Source: Pocillopora damicornis
Lineage: Eukaryota
DNA: 64,000 nucleotides
Assembly (NCBI RefSeq): GCF_003704095.1
Contig: NW_020847100.1
Span: 62,001 to 126,000, forward strand
Reading direction: 5' to 3'
Position 1 is the stretch's first letter. Each line of letters opens with the position of its first letter. Positions 49,706 to 63,310 of this stretch are shown here, piece by piece. Below the pieces are notes generated by a model. That model was not told where the DNA came from, ran no database searches, and saw only the letters and a program-made list of their open reading frames with translations. A program made the translations under genes and the position numbers.

Positions 49706-51885
49706 TCCATGTAGACAAATGAGGAATTCGGTCGGAGCCTCCAAACTTAGTCCCTGTTACTACTGGGTCAACCAGTTCCAAATGATATATCACAATTTGA
49801 GCGTCTTTGCCGATCAATTCAAATTTGCATTTGGTAGCACCAAAACTGCTCTCTCTGTCAGGGCTGGGTTTTTTCGTTCTTTTTTTTTAGCGTACAAGTG
49901 AGTGAGCTTTTTGTCTATCATTGCACAATCCCTAACGTCATTTTGTGACTGATCTTTCCTAAAGCACACAAAGCCAAACTTTCCCTCACAAGGCTAACTG
50001 GGTAGTTAGGCATTAACACAGCATAAGTGTAGTTTGCTTACTCTTTACTCGAGCGGCGGCCGTCCATACCTCTTGGCCAAGAAAGGCGCAGCAAGATCGA
50101 GAGCAACTTTTCTTGAGGTTAGCTAAGGGTGAAAGGCGCGTTTTTTTTTTTTTTTTTTTCATTTCGTGCTTAATAATTAGCGAAATGTTATGCGAAATTT
50201 TATATGTGCTGTTCAGAAAATCTTAGGGCGTTACAGACAAAGACACCGCCAGGGACCAAGCAGAGATGTCATCCTAAACGTCTCTAAGCCCTAACTCGTC
50301 ACTCATCGAGATTTTTATTGGGAATAAAGACAATTCAACAACTCTCCACTCGGAGACAGTGTCATCTATGGCTTAAATCATAAAGCGAGTTGGAGAGGAG
50401 TAGAGAAATCTTCTTGCCGTGGATTCCCTGATGGTATCAGCGAGGAAAAACTAACAAGAAAGCCATCTTAAAAAAACATTAATCTACTGGCATAGAGATG
50501 TTTGCGAAGGTACTTTTAAGAGAGATTGCGAAAACATACAAAATCATTTCGGACCGTTTCAACTAAGGGATTTGGACTGAGAGCAACTGAATTTGTTATA
50601 TTTGATGAGACGAACTAATCATGAAGGAGATGAATCGGTAGTGGTGAACTTGAACTGGGGCGAAACCTCCCGATACCTGTCAGAATTAAGCTATAATCAA
50701 CGAGTTAAAAACAATCTCACTATTTAATAAGTCACATGCTTTAAAAACGTAGCAATAGTAACTGGATAAAGTTACTGCCCGAGAATTATTTAGTCCTTTC
50801 TTTTTATTTGGAAATTACGCGTGTCCTGGTTGTCATTGAAGATTTTATGCTGGAAATTGGCATGCGCCTGGCCCAAAATTGGTTCAGCAGCGCATGCCCA
50901 CGTTTGACCGTGTCGCACTCAGACCTCTCTCACTCAGCGGGATAATTGATTACTCTGCACCAGGTTTCCTCAGTGATTTTAGATACACATGCATACCCAG
51001 AAGTAAACGTTTTCAAAAAGAGAATAAATTTCCTCATAATATGTTTCTCTTTAAAAGTTATTTTTCTTTGTTTAAATTCACATTTTTTTCCGTCAATCCT
51101 GTTTTATTTTATAATGAAATCCATATTAATTGTTTGAATATTTGTTGAAGCCGTTTGTTTCCATGGCCTTAGCGCCTTGGTATAAAAATTCCTTCAATCG
51201 ATGGAAATGCATCGTGTTAAAAACGTAGCAAGACCACAGATAAATTTACAGTCCTCGATATTTTCATATTGTGGTGTTAAGAATATCTATTGATAAAATA
51301 AAGTCTCGCTCTCAAAGTTTAGAGACCATTTGAAATTTGGCATAAATTTAGGCTTAAGACGCTTCCGCTGAAAAATTATTCAAAGTGTTTCAGAATTTTT
51401 TATGCTATTTACCATATCATGTTACCTAAAGCTATCAATGGATTAAATATCCGCTTTAGTAGAGCGTTTTCATTGTCAAAATATCAGATTCTTATGAAAT
51501 GCATTTGAGTCCTTCGAGAGAAACTGTAACCACGGTGTTTGTTTCATTTCATATGAATGGCACCTTGCCGAGCACCGAGGCTGTGAGGTTGATGTGTTTT
51601 GCAATTATTCGATGATAAAAATGTCAAATTTAGTGACTAAAATCCTAAACACCTGTCGTTTTTGAATAATTCATAACGTGACAATTTCATCTAGACCAAT
51701 GAAAATGGCTGTTGTGGCTTGACTCGAAACGGCCGAATGAATTTTGAGACGAAAGATCGAGTGGTTTGTGACAAAACTCTAGGGCAACCGCATAATTATT
51801 TGGAATATTGTTGAAGTATATTCCGTGGAAATTTTCTTTTCCGCTGTTTAGCTTGAGAAGAGTTGCAATTACTTGCAGCGACAGC

Positions 51886-54423
51886 ATGGCCGAAGAGAGC
51901 CCGGTTGAAAACAGAGGAACTGTGGAAGCGGCGTATAATAAATTGATAGATATCGAGTTTACTGCCGAGAATGGAAATTCTAGTCGTGAAAGATCACCAC
52001 AGGAAAACACAGATAACGCTCCACTATTGACACAAATCACTCCACGCTCCTCTGAATCGCCATCTTTAGAAGGTAACCATTCTTATCTCTGCAGTTTCCG
52101 TCAGCTATTCCGTGTGAAAAAGCTAGCGAATTCTTTAAACCAGAATCGTCTGTATAGCTATAGGTGACAGTTCCACCTGTTATGTTACAGATGAACTCTC
52201 CGCCATTGTCTTTTCTCGAGGAGAATCCTTTGAATGAAAACCATTTAACATACAAATGCGTAGGGGATAAATTAGCATAGGGACACAAGGGAAGAAATTT
52301 GTGAAAAAGAGACATTGCGGGTGTTTGATCAAGCGATAATTTTTAAAGAAAACAAGCGGAAACTTGCCAACCACCGTCTGAGACTGAGTAAATATTGCTT
52401 GAGTCTGTGTCGATACACCTCCAAAATACTTAAAAACGAAACTTGATCTTAGAGAGCAATTGTGCCTGTTTTTAAATGTAATTTCAGCTTTCGTTCGCGA
52501 AAATTTTAACAAGTCTGTATATCAAATTTACGCGCAATGCAAATCAAAGGAACGCGAACTGTGTTAGTTCACCTCCTCGTCTCTTTTGTCTTCTGTTTTA
52601 TGGCTATTTATGTACGGATTTGAACTCAACCCTTAAGAAATACTTCATTTCCAAACCTTGCCATCTTGCAGTCTCAGAAGCAATCTAACTTTCCTCAGAT
52701 AAGCCTTCGTAACCTCACAGAATCTCTTTCATTTTTCTCATTATATAACTTGATAACAACTCGACGAGAAGCTTACTCGCATTAAATTCTTACCCTCGTA
52801 TGGTGTAAGCAGCGAGCTGTTTGATCTTACATAGGCTTCTTTAATGTGTAAAAAGCCTTTTAAGATTTCAAATGTCGATTAAATTTCGTTCAAATGAACT
52901 GTGTCTTATCAAAAGCTTGCAGTCTTCATGTCGAAACGGAATAGACAACTGATTTGATTATATATCAACTCAAACTGGAATCCAAGATTAGGCAGCTCTT
53001 ATGCTTCCCACCCATGACCAATAACAGTATTCAATCCTCATGTTTGTGCCAAAACAATTTAATCCATAGGTCTCGTTGTATTTTATCCCTTTAACCTGCA
53101 ACAAACTTTTAAAATGAAGATGCCATAATTATCATGGACAAGCTTGAAATTATGATTCAAAAATGAAACTGCATATATTGGTTGCTCACAAATAATTCTC
53201 ATTTTAAGTGCTGATTTTCATAGTTAAGGTAATGGAATCTACAAAGAGAACGCAATTTCTTGCCAGAGGACCACAAAGAAATTAGAATTGATGTCATTAA
53301 TCAAGTCTACTTTTATTACCATTACGGTTTTGATCTCGAAATTTGACATACCCGACATATTCAACGCTTCTCGCCTTTACATGTAATTAGTGAAAGTGTG
53401 ATTTTTGCACAGAAGAATGATTAGGAAAATTGGCTGCCAATACATCAGAATTAAACACATGAATTAAGAAAAAAATGGCTTTAAAGCCAGACCAAATTTC
53501 AAAGAGAATAAAAAAACCTCAGACATAAGAGCTTTGAGTGTGGTAAAATATTCGGAATTACAACCTAGAGAAGACTTCTGTCTCTGCCTAAACCAGAACT
53601 GACAAGACTGCGAATAGACAGCAACTGCAGAAAACGTCAAGCTTTTTAATTTAGTAGTGTACATGTGCTTTTCATTTCAGGTACTGATGAAGGCAAGTAT
53701 ATCAATCAAGCAGAATTACACAGAGCATCTCTTTGCAGCGGACAAAAAACGTAAGTTGAAAAATTTTGTTCAGTTAATCTAGAGTAAAATGGAGAATTTA
53801 TACAGTTATATTAGCCACTACTGTATTTCGTCCATAAAAGTCCCATCCCAGACTTCCCTAGACAATTCTCTAACGTAGCCCCTGAGTTCTCCCCCTAACT
53901 ATGCTATGTTTAGCTTGTACCGCGGTGGCTTGCTTCCTGCTCCTTGGTCCCTCAAATTCACCATACTTGATGGATGTTCATTTATCCTTTTTTCTCTCTT
54001 CCTTCAGTTTTATTAACTAAATTGAGTATACAGATCATGATATTCATTAGGATTGCGAAAATAATTCAAAGGCTAACTCTTTCGCCTCATTGCGTTCACA
54101 TAATTCTTGAAAGGGAAAGGATGGAGGCGGTTACAACGTTGATTCCCAGAATTTTGTACACATAAGCTTACAGCGGAACACGATTCTTTTGCAGGGACCA
54201 AGAAAGCAAGCATTTTACACAAAGCGAAGTTCATAGGAATGAAGAAGGAAAAAATAGTGATGTTGCTACCGAAAACAAAGAAAACTTAGAAGGTGTACCT
54301 TCAGAAACAGTTGAAAAAGAGGAGGGAAATTATGAAGAACTTGTTTGCTTAGTTAGACAATTCTATGTCGAGCGACCAGTGAACCCAGCCGCTATCGCTT
54401 ATCAGAATATTGAAACTTGTTAG
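51886..54423 (+). CDS. Uncharacterised acidic, disordered protein (about 161 aa) with several Tyr-based motifs; may be the C-terminal part of a longer gene
   Basis: Exons 51886-52072 (GAAG|gtaacc, phase 1), 53681-53750 (phase 2 donor gtaagt), 54195-54423 (TAG) join in frame (486 nt). An acceptor at 51876-51878 lies just before the ATG. Confidence 0.6.
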
Positions 54424-54717
54424 CGACACATGTCATTTGCAGTCCTTCGTCTACGTGGCTTCAGCCATTCAGCGAAATGTGGAGGTTTATCACGGAAAGA
54501 GGATTCCTCTTGAATCCAAATGGCAGCTCATCGTTGGACGCCCTGACTCAACTGACTCAAACGAAATTTTCATTGCAGAAATTGTTTTGGTCATAGGAGT
54601 ACCCCTTCGAAAGGCCACATTCTGGGTGAACTAGGCGCACTCCACTGTGTCTCTTTGAATTTGAGACTCAGTACGACCTGAATAGCTGTGTAGTCCGTTG
54701 AGCGATCGAATAAGGAT

Positions 54718-57127
54718 CGAATTAAACTGTGCTTACGTTGAGCGCGTTAGGATAAGAGCTTCTGAAATTCTTCGTTGTTCAAGGAATATTCTCCTTTAAA
54801 ATTTTGATAAGAATTTATGAAATTGCTGAAAATAAATAGGCGAAAGAGTCACGAAAAGTGGTTTTTTTTTTTCTTAAACATGGTTACTTCGTTGAATATT
54901 ATTTTCTTTCGTAACGGAAGCAAACTACTTTTTGCCTAATCAAGCTACGGGCATGCCGTGGAGAGAACAGGTAAAATCAGTGGGTGGGCTTAATACTAGA
55001 GACAATCAGAAGGACTTTTCATGCCTGTGTGTTTGTCTGATAGACGTCATGACAGTTAGTTAGCTTGGGGTGAAAAAGATAAGATCAATTGCTATATATA
55101 GGTGGAATCAGATAAATGCAGATGGGTGGAATCAAATCATCATGAGAGAGCACACTGTTCTTTGCAGTGGAAAATGGCTTTCATAGTACAAGCTTTAAAG
55201 GCATCTGAGCACTTTTCAGTCACTGCATTTATATGAAGCCCATTGCTCTGATGTTTGCTCCGCCATTATCTGTTGAGGCAAAATTTCCACACTTGATACT
55301 ATCGTTCGGAAAACAGTTAATACCAAATTTGATTCTAGAATCGCATGAGAAGCAGTCATCTTCATTTTCAGCGACCATGAAATTCTTGCTTGAGCATTTC
55401 TCCTATAAAAGCGTTCAGCACTGAATCCTTCCTTACCACAGTAATACTACAAAGATGCTTGTAAACCAATAATCGCCTTTCAGGAGTCACGACACAGTAA
55501 ATAGAGTCGGTCTGCTTGATGGTGACAATGAACCTGAGCTGTGGGTCGATCTATATACCAAGACAGATCTTTGAGAAGGAAGTGTTCAAGAATTGTCTCA
55601 TTTTCATCAGTCCAATGCTTTGAGTGATAATCAAGGGTGGTCTGTCAAGGAATTAAACATTCCGGAACTCATATCTTTTACCTGATTGAGTTATGATTAG
55701 GATATATTTCATAAGCACTGAATATATGGTACAAAACGATACTGTACAGCGGCGGAATGAGTGCGCATGCTCGGCGGATATGGCGCGTTCAGGGAGCGTT
55801 TTGTGACTCTAGCGTGAATGATTTTCGTTGATGAACGAACAGAAAATCGTTTCACACTTTTTTGGACAGTAATTAATGTGAAACAAGGAAACAATTAATG
55901 GAGGTTGCTCTTATGGAAAAATCTGAAGGTTAGGAAGCATTTTTTAAATTAAAGGTCATCGTAAGCAGTTTTAAANNNNNNNNNNNNNNNNNNNNNNNNN
56001 NNNNNNNNNNNNNNNNNNNNNNNNNNNNNNNNNNNNNNNNNNNNNNNNNNNNNNNNNNNNNNNNNNNNNNNNNNNCATGCGCACTCATTCCGCCGCTTTA
56101 CAGTATCGTTTTGTACCATATATTCAGTGCTTATGAAATATATCCAAATCATAACTCAATCAGGTAAAAGATATGAGTTCCGGAATCTTTAATTCCTTGA
56201 CAGACCACCCTTGATTATCACTCACAGCATTGGACTGATGAAAATGAGACAATTCTTGAACACTTCCTTCACAAAGATCTGTCTTGGTATATAGATCGAC
56301 CCACAGCTTAGGTTCATTGTCACCATCAAGCAGACCGACTCTATTTACTGGGTCGTGACTCGTGAAAGGCGATTATTGGTTTACAAGCATCTTTGTAGTA
56401 TTACTGTGGTAAGGAAGGATTCAGTGCTGAATGCTTTTATAGGAGAAATGCTCAAGCAAGAATTTCATGGTCGCTGACAATGAAGACGACTGCTTCTCAT
56501 GCGATTCTAGAATCAGATTTGGCATTAACTGTTTTCCGGACGATAGTATCAAGTGTGGAAATTTTGCCCCAACAGATAATGGCGGAGCAAACATCAGAGC
56601 AATGGGCTTCATATAAATGCGGTGACTGAAAAGTGCTCAGATGCCTTTAAAGCTTGTACTATGAAAGCCATTTCCCACTGCAAAGAACAGTGTGCTCTCT
56701 CATGATGATTTGATTCCACCCATCTGCATTTATCTGATTCCACCTATATATGGCAATTGATCTTATCTTTTTCACCCCAAGCTAACTAACTGTCATGACG
56801 TCTATCAGACAAACAGACAGGCATGAAAAGTCCTTCTGATTGTCTCTAGTTTTAAGCCCACCCACTGATTTTACCTGTTCTCTCCATGGCATGCCCGTAG
56901 CTTGATTAGGCAAAAAATTGTTTCCTTCCGTTACGGAAGAAAATAATATTCAATCAAGTAACAATATTTAAGAAAAAAAGAACCACTTTTCATGACTCTT
57001 TCGCCTATTTATTTTCCGCAAATTTCATAAATTCTTATCAAAATTTTCAAAGAGAATGTTCTTTGAACAACGAAAAATTTCAGAAGCTCTTATCCTAACG
57101 CGCTCAACGTAAGCACAGTTTCATTCG
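54718..57127. repeat. About 1.05-kb inverted repeat: arms 54718-55769 and 56076-57127, around a spacer containing a gap
   Basis: Arms are reverse complements with scattered substitutions; the mirror ORFs 55233-55424(+) and 56421-56612(-) are near-identical. Confidence 0.92.
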
Positions 57128-57216
57128 GTTTACGGTCAACTCGCCGACGGACCAACTCGCCGACACCAACTCGCCGACGTATAAAATCGAGTAGAGACGT
57201 CGGCGAGTTGGTCGTC
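57128..57216. mobile_element. Probable DNA-transposon end with subterminal repeats
   Basis: caactcgccgac three times in direct orientation plus one inverted copy (gtcggcgagttg), abutting the right arm of the inverted repeat. Confidence 0.5.
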
Positions 57217-57406
57217 GATCCAATACAACTTATTAGAAGCTAAACATACAGGAAATTAAACGATATTTAGTAAAAAAACATTGGACATTGGTGAACATCA
57301 AACAGANNNNNNNNNNNNNNNNNNNNNNNNNNNNNNNNNNNNNNNNNNNNNNNNNNNNNNNNNNNNNNNNNNNNNNNNNNNNNNNNNNNNNNNNNNNNNN
57401 NNNNNN

Positions 57407-58651
57407 CTTTGTCCGTGTTTCCATTAAACTCCTTAATAGGATAAATTAAGAATTAATAATGATAATGGATAAAATTCAAGAATTGGCAGCTTAGACCTGT
57501 CAGTTTTGATCAACACCCTAACTCCCAAGATCTGATTGGTGATTCTCCCTAATAGCTGCAATACATTTCCATGTAAATAACAGTTATGACAATTTGGTGT
57601 CATATCATGATAACAAATCATATCTGATAAGTTCGTCTGAGTATTCTCTTGAACTGCTTGATGGATAATGTATAGATATTAAGGAGAGAAGTTAAGTGTT
57701 GATCACTTCTGGGTGTTAAGGGGTTAACAAGAGGAATTAACTCTCTTTTCTGAGAGCTTTTCCCCTAGTTAAGCTGTCAAGTACGTTCGGTTCATTTATG
57801 TTTCCAACTGATCTTGCTAAGGATATCAAAACCTTATGTACATGTGGTACACTTGATACTCTTTCTTTTTAAACACGTTTTAAAATTATTTTAATTATTC
57901 TGACGAAAAGATGCACGCACGAACAAATGTATGGAGGTATACGAGAACATTCGCATGAAATTTGCACTCCTACTTTATCAGCACTTTGTCCTTCTTCCTT
58001 GAAATATTGCAAGCTTCCTTCATCATTACCATACTGCAGTTTGTACTTTCTAACCCTCTGACGATTTCTACTCCTTCCCTGCGTTCCTACGCGAGTAACT
58101 TTGGTCTGTTGATCTCTCAGATCAATCTGCAGCCACTGTTCATCATTATTTCTCCTCGCTGCCCAGGCTCCTCCTTTTTGGGGGCCTTGTTCATGATTTA
58201 GTCTGCCATTTTTGGGGCTAAGACTGCTGTCCCATTGTGAAGAGGCGCTAATTTGACTGTCAGATATTGCACCGTTTTCCATGCCAAGAGGGTACGTATA
58301 TTCGCATTCTAAAAGTTTTTTCAGTAGTAAAAAAAATAAGCACAAATACGTCTTCTAACGACAAAATAAATATCTTACGTTCAGAAAAATCCAGGCCCTG
58401 GAAGAACAGGTGCTTAATTAACATCTTCAGATACAAATACTTGAGATATTGAAGGGAAAGGTTGTCTATCCTCTCAAAACCTCGAGAATTTATCGAGTGA
58501 CCAAGATTGATAATTAAAGCAAATTTAGCACGGAAACTTCGTAGACACTTGCATTAGGTTATTTACCTTCTGGAGCAGTGGTACAGTGGAAAAGATAACT
58601 TCCCCAGAGGAAAAACGATAACGTGCGAGCTAACTCAAAATGGTGTTTCAT
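57407..58651 (-). CDS. Secreted F5/8 type C (discoidin) domain protein, 3' end lost in gap
   Basis: Exons 58651-58567 (MKHHFELARTLSFFLWGSYLFHCTTAPE, signal-like), 58308-57974 (C...PLGMENGAISDSQISASS...GRLN...AW...QWLQIDL...VGTQGR...YKLQY), and 57431-57407 (EFNGNTDK, running into the N gap). Confidence 0.85.
57512..57727. mobile_element. MITE with piggyBac-like ends (intronic)
   Basis: Left aacaccctaactcccaagatctgattgg, right cttctgggtgttaaggggttaa; imperfect TIR with TTAA at the right end. Confidence 0.55.
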
Positions 58652-59226
58652 TTTCAGCAATGATGCAGGATAATTAAACAGTTCTTTGATCGTAGTGCAA
58701 TCAAACAACCACAGAAAGTTGATGGACTGTGAGAACCTGTTTATCAAATCACAATAAAGTCAGTTTACTTAGCCGGATCATTGACTTTTCCATTTACTTG
58801 ACCTGAGGATAAATTTTGAAATAACATCGACTCTTTAAATTTGTTTTTCCCATTTTTTTAGAGCGGAGTCACATTCTACTGTTTAAAGTACATAAGCATT
58901 CTGAGTTTGGCTAACATCTACCCCAACCAAATTAACCAATCAGAACGAAGCCATGAAGCCTGAACATGATGTTATCAAACCCTTAAATTTTAAATCAACG
59001 AGCCTTCAAAATTTACCCTTATCACGCATTTGAAGTACTAAAATAATTTAAGATAAGAACTTACCACCTCGATTGTTCCAGGAAAATATATTGATTTTTC
59101 TATATGGTTGTTTGGAATATATTTATTCGTAAACTTTTCATATTCAACCATTCTTATTTTATTCGAGTTCATTCAAGTTCTTTCAGTCTAAGTAAATCAA
59201 AAAATATATAAAAAGCCAGAGGGGTT

Positions 59227-62200
59227 TTTGAGTAGTAAACTAAGATATTCTTGTTTCGTTGCTTGCTTTCATTTTACAGCTACATGTCGGTACTTTTGTT
59301 GACCACTGTCTGTGAAATTTTTAGGTAAATATAACTTTTAATGGTCTTTCTGAAAAAATTAGTTCTCATGGTAGTTGGCAGCTGAGTTTTTGCTCGTAAT
59401 TTCAGTTTCCTTTCGTACGATAATTTCCAAAACCAACTTTGCATAGATAAGCGGAAATTGCATAGATAAGCGGAAATTGCATAGATAAGCAGAAATTTTT
59501 AACTGCTTTTCCACTTTTATTTCCTAAGCTGTTCTACTTTAATTAAGAGAGGTATATTTTCAATATCAGAGCTGTGAATTCTCACCTCAGTTTCCTATTT
59601 TTAATGGCCTAGAGTTTATTGACTCCTCTTCCTTAATTTGACAATTCTCACATCAGTTCATACTTAAGCAAATACATTGTAAAGCTTTTTCGATTACATA
59701 GACGACTGCGTGCCGATTACATTGATTACGAAGTTGATTATGCTAAAGGCATATCAGTTGTTGGTCCGACCTAGTAATAAAGTCTACTGTGGAACCAAAA
59801 CGCTGTCTTATCCTTGAAGTCCGTAAAAGCTCGCTTGAAGTAGATCGTTGTGTGCTAGGAAATCGTGACGAGTTTCCGTTCTCACTGCCGAGTTGCCTCT
59901 ACAGAGCTATTTTTCCCCCATTTTTGTTGTGCCTTCTACGGGAGTTCAGTTGTGCACGAAAACCTTATCTTTACACAATAGCGTCTGAAGACTATTACAA
60001 AAATGCTGAGTAGCGTAACAGCACACCACAAAGAAATTATAATGATTTAAAAAAATAGAAAAAAATTGTCATCCAGCCGTCGATATAACGAACAATTTGC
60101 TTGTTTTTACGCAAATTCGTTGTATCGAAGTTTTCGATATTACGAACCCTCAATATAACGAACCATTTTTGCCACTCCCTCGGCATTTCGTTAAATCGAG
60201 GTTCCACTGGGTATAGCAATTCAAATTGCACAGTTTCGGCATTACACGAAAAATGTTTCTGTCAGATAGCTGCAAACTTAGATATTAACTTTCTCTTTGT
60301 CTTCCGATTAATGTAAAACATTGTTGTTTCAAGGACATCTGCAGTCTTCTGTTGACCGATTTCTTGTTTCACAGTGAAAATCTTATTTGTATCGAACTAT
60401 TCTCCTTCTTTGTCATGATTTCTGTTACCTTTTTATTCCCGAGCTCTTCCCTCGCCCATGTTGTGAATGTTGGGAATCGTTGCAAAAGTCAACCAACAAA
60501 GTATTCTCTTAGAAAAAGTTTACATTTTGAGAGTGTCTCCGCGTGTAGCCCTGCATTGATAATAGAGACCAACAGAAGAATAAGAAGTAATTAAAAAAAG
60601 ATATCAGATAAGTTATGTTTTGATTACCCGACTATCTTCAACAGCTTGTGTTTCTTACATGTAAATTTCGATGTAACGTTTGACATCGAACTTGAAACGG
60701 TTTTCTTTACTTTTAAAATTCAGATATAACTTTTGCGTTCATGATGTGAAACGTACCTCCAGGAGACAAATAACCGAACTTCTAGTTTGATATTTTTCGA
60801 TATTTGCTCTTCATTCTTTTAAAACAGACCCCACAGGTTGACTTTTTTTTTTATGCCGGCTAAGAAATTATTAAGATGACCAACGTTTCATGGTGATAGC
60901 CAGTTGTTTGTGCTTTGTTTGGTGTTTCGTTGATCCAAAATTAAACAAGCTCAGTCCGAATGCAACTTCCACAGTTCTTTGAGTAAATTTCGTGGTCTTA
61001 CTTACCCATTTCGTAGCTCCTGAGGGCAAATTTTTTAACGAGACCACAACACAGCAACANNNNNNNNNNNNNNNNNNNNNNNNNNNNNNNNNNNNNNNNN
61101 NNNNNNNNNNNNNNNNNNNNNNNNNNNNNNNNNNNNNNNNNNNNNNNNNNNNNNNNNNNTTTTGAGTAGTAAACTAAGAGATTCTTGTTTTGTTGCTTGC
61201 TTTCATTTTACAGCTACATGTCGGTAATTTTGTTGACCACTGTCTGTGAAATTTTTAGGTAAATATAATTTTTAATGGTCTTTATGGAAAAATTATTTCT
61301 CATGGTAGTTGGCAGCTGAGTTTTTGCTCGTAATTTCAGTTTCCTTTCGTACGATAATTTCCCACACCAACTTTGCATAGATAAGCCGAATTTGCATAGA
61401 TAAGCAGAAATTTTTAACTGCTTTTCCACTTTTATTTCCTAAGCTGTTCTACTTTAATTAAGAGAGGTATATTTTCAATATCAGAGCTGTGAATTCTCAC
61501 CTCAGTTTCCTACTTTTAATGGCCTAGAGTTTATTGAATCCTCTTCCTTAATTTGACAATTCTCACACCAGTTCATACTTAAGCAAGTACATTGTAAAGC
61601 TTTTTCGATTACATAGACGACTGCGTGCCGATGACATTGATTACGAAGTTGAGTATACTAAAGGTCATGTCAGTTGTTGGCCTGACTTAGTAAAAAAGTC
61701 TACCGCGGAACTAAAACGCTGTCTTATCCTTGACGTCCGTAAAAGCTCGCTTGAAGTAGATCGCTGTGTACTAGGAAATCATGACGAGTTTCCGTTCTCA
61801 CTGCCGAGTTGTCTCTACAGAGCTATTTTCCCCCCATTGTTGTCGTGCCTTCTGCGAGAGTTCAGTTGTGCACGAAAACCTTATCTTTACACAATAGCGT
61901 CTGAAGACTATTACGAAAATGCTGAGTAGCGTAACAGCACACCACAAAAAATTTTTAATGATTTAAAAAAATAGAAAAAAATTGTCATCCAGCCGTCAAT
62001 ATAACGAACAATTTGGTTGTTTTTACGCAAATTCGTTGAATCGAAGTTTTCGATATAACGAACCCTCGATATAACGAACCCTCGATATAACGAACCAGTT
62101 TTGCCACTCCCTCGGCATTTCGTTAAATCGAGGTTCGACTGTATGTAGCAATTCAAATTGCACAGTTTCGGCATTACACGAAAAAATTTTCTGTCAGATA

Positions 62201-62958
62201 GCTGTAAACTTAGATATTAACTTTCTCTTTGTCTTCCGAGTACTGTAAAACATGTTTGTCTCAAGGACATCTGCGGTCTTCTGTTGACCAATTTCATGTC
62301 TCACAGTGAAAATCTTATTTGTCTCGAACTATTCTCCTTCTTTGTTATGATTTCTGTTACCTTTTTATTCCCGAGCTCTTCCCTCACCCATGTTGTGAAT
62401 GTTGGGAATCGTTGCAAAAATCAACCAAGAAAGTATTCTCTTAAAAAAATATACATTTTGAGAGTGTCTCCGCGTGTATCCTTGCATTGATAATAGAGAA
62501 CAATTCAAGTATAAAAAGTAATTAATAAAAGATATCAGATATATGTTATAATTACCCGACTGTATTCAACAGCTTGTGTTTCTTAAATTTCGATGTAACG
62601 TTTGACATCAAACTTAAAACGGTTTTCTTTACTTTTAAAATTCAGATTTAACTTTTGCGTTCAAGATGTGAAACGTACCTCCAGGAGACTAATAACTGAA
62701 CTTCTAGTTTGATATTTTTTCGATATTTGCTCTTCATTCTTTTAAAACAGACCCCACAGGTAGACTTTTTTTGTTATGCCGACTAAGAAATTGAAGATGA
62801 TTGACGTTGCATGGTGATAGCCAGTTGTTCGTGCTTAGTTTGGTGTTTTGTTGTTCCAAAGTTAAACAAGCTCAATCCGAATGCAACTTCTGCAATTCTT
62901 TGAGTAAATTTCGTAGCTCCTGAGGGCAAATTTTTTAACGAGACCACAACACAGCAAC
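59227..62958 (+). repeat. About 1.8-kb direct duplication: 59227-61059 and 61160-62958, separated by a 100-N gap
   Basis: Collinear copies with substitutions and small indels; paired ORFs 60352-60594 and 62284-62490. Confidence 0.92.
61990..62143 (-). mobile_element. pogo/Tigger-like MITE end (second copy at about 60075-60212)
   Basis: Reverse strand begins TA-CAGTCGAACCTCGATTTAACGAA, with internal cgatataacgaaccct subrepeats. Confidence 0.55.
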
Positions 62959-63310
62959 ACAGCGGTCAAACGTGGAGCATGCCCAAGTGAATCATTTTTG
63001 GCCGACTCCGTCAATTTCCTGTGAAACATTTCAAAGGAAAACAGTTGTCGCGCAAAGCTATAAGAAACAATCGAAACGTTCGTAAAAATAAGGGCAAGTG
63101 ACCAGACATTTCAAGAAGTTAGAAAAATAGAAGTCATGCCGTCAAGAGACTTACTTTGGTAAAGTCATTCTGTTGCTCTTACTTCCTCACTTCAACACCT
63201 GGGTTCCCTGTGGTACTGCTGTCTTTTGGACCCAGGTCTCCCATTTGGTCAGTCATTAGTGTCCACGAAACCTGTCTCGCTGTCCACCCTTAACCAATAT
63301 CTTATCGAAA

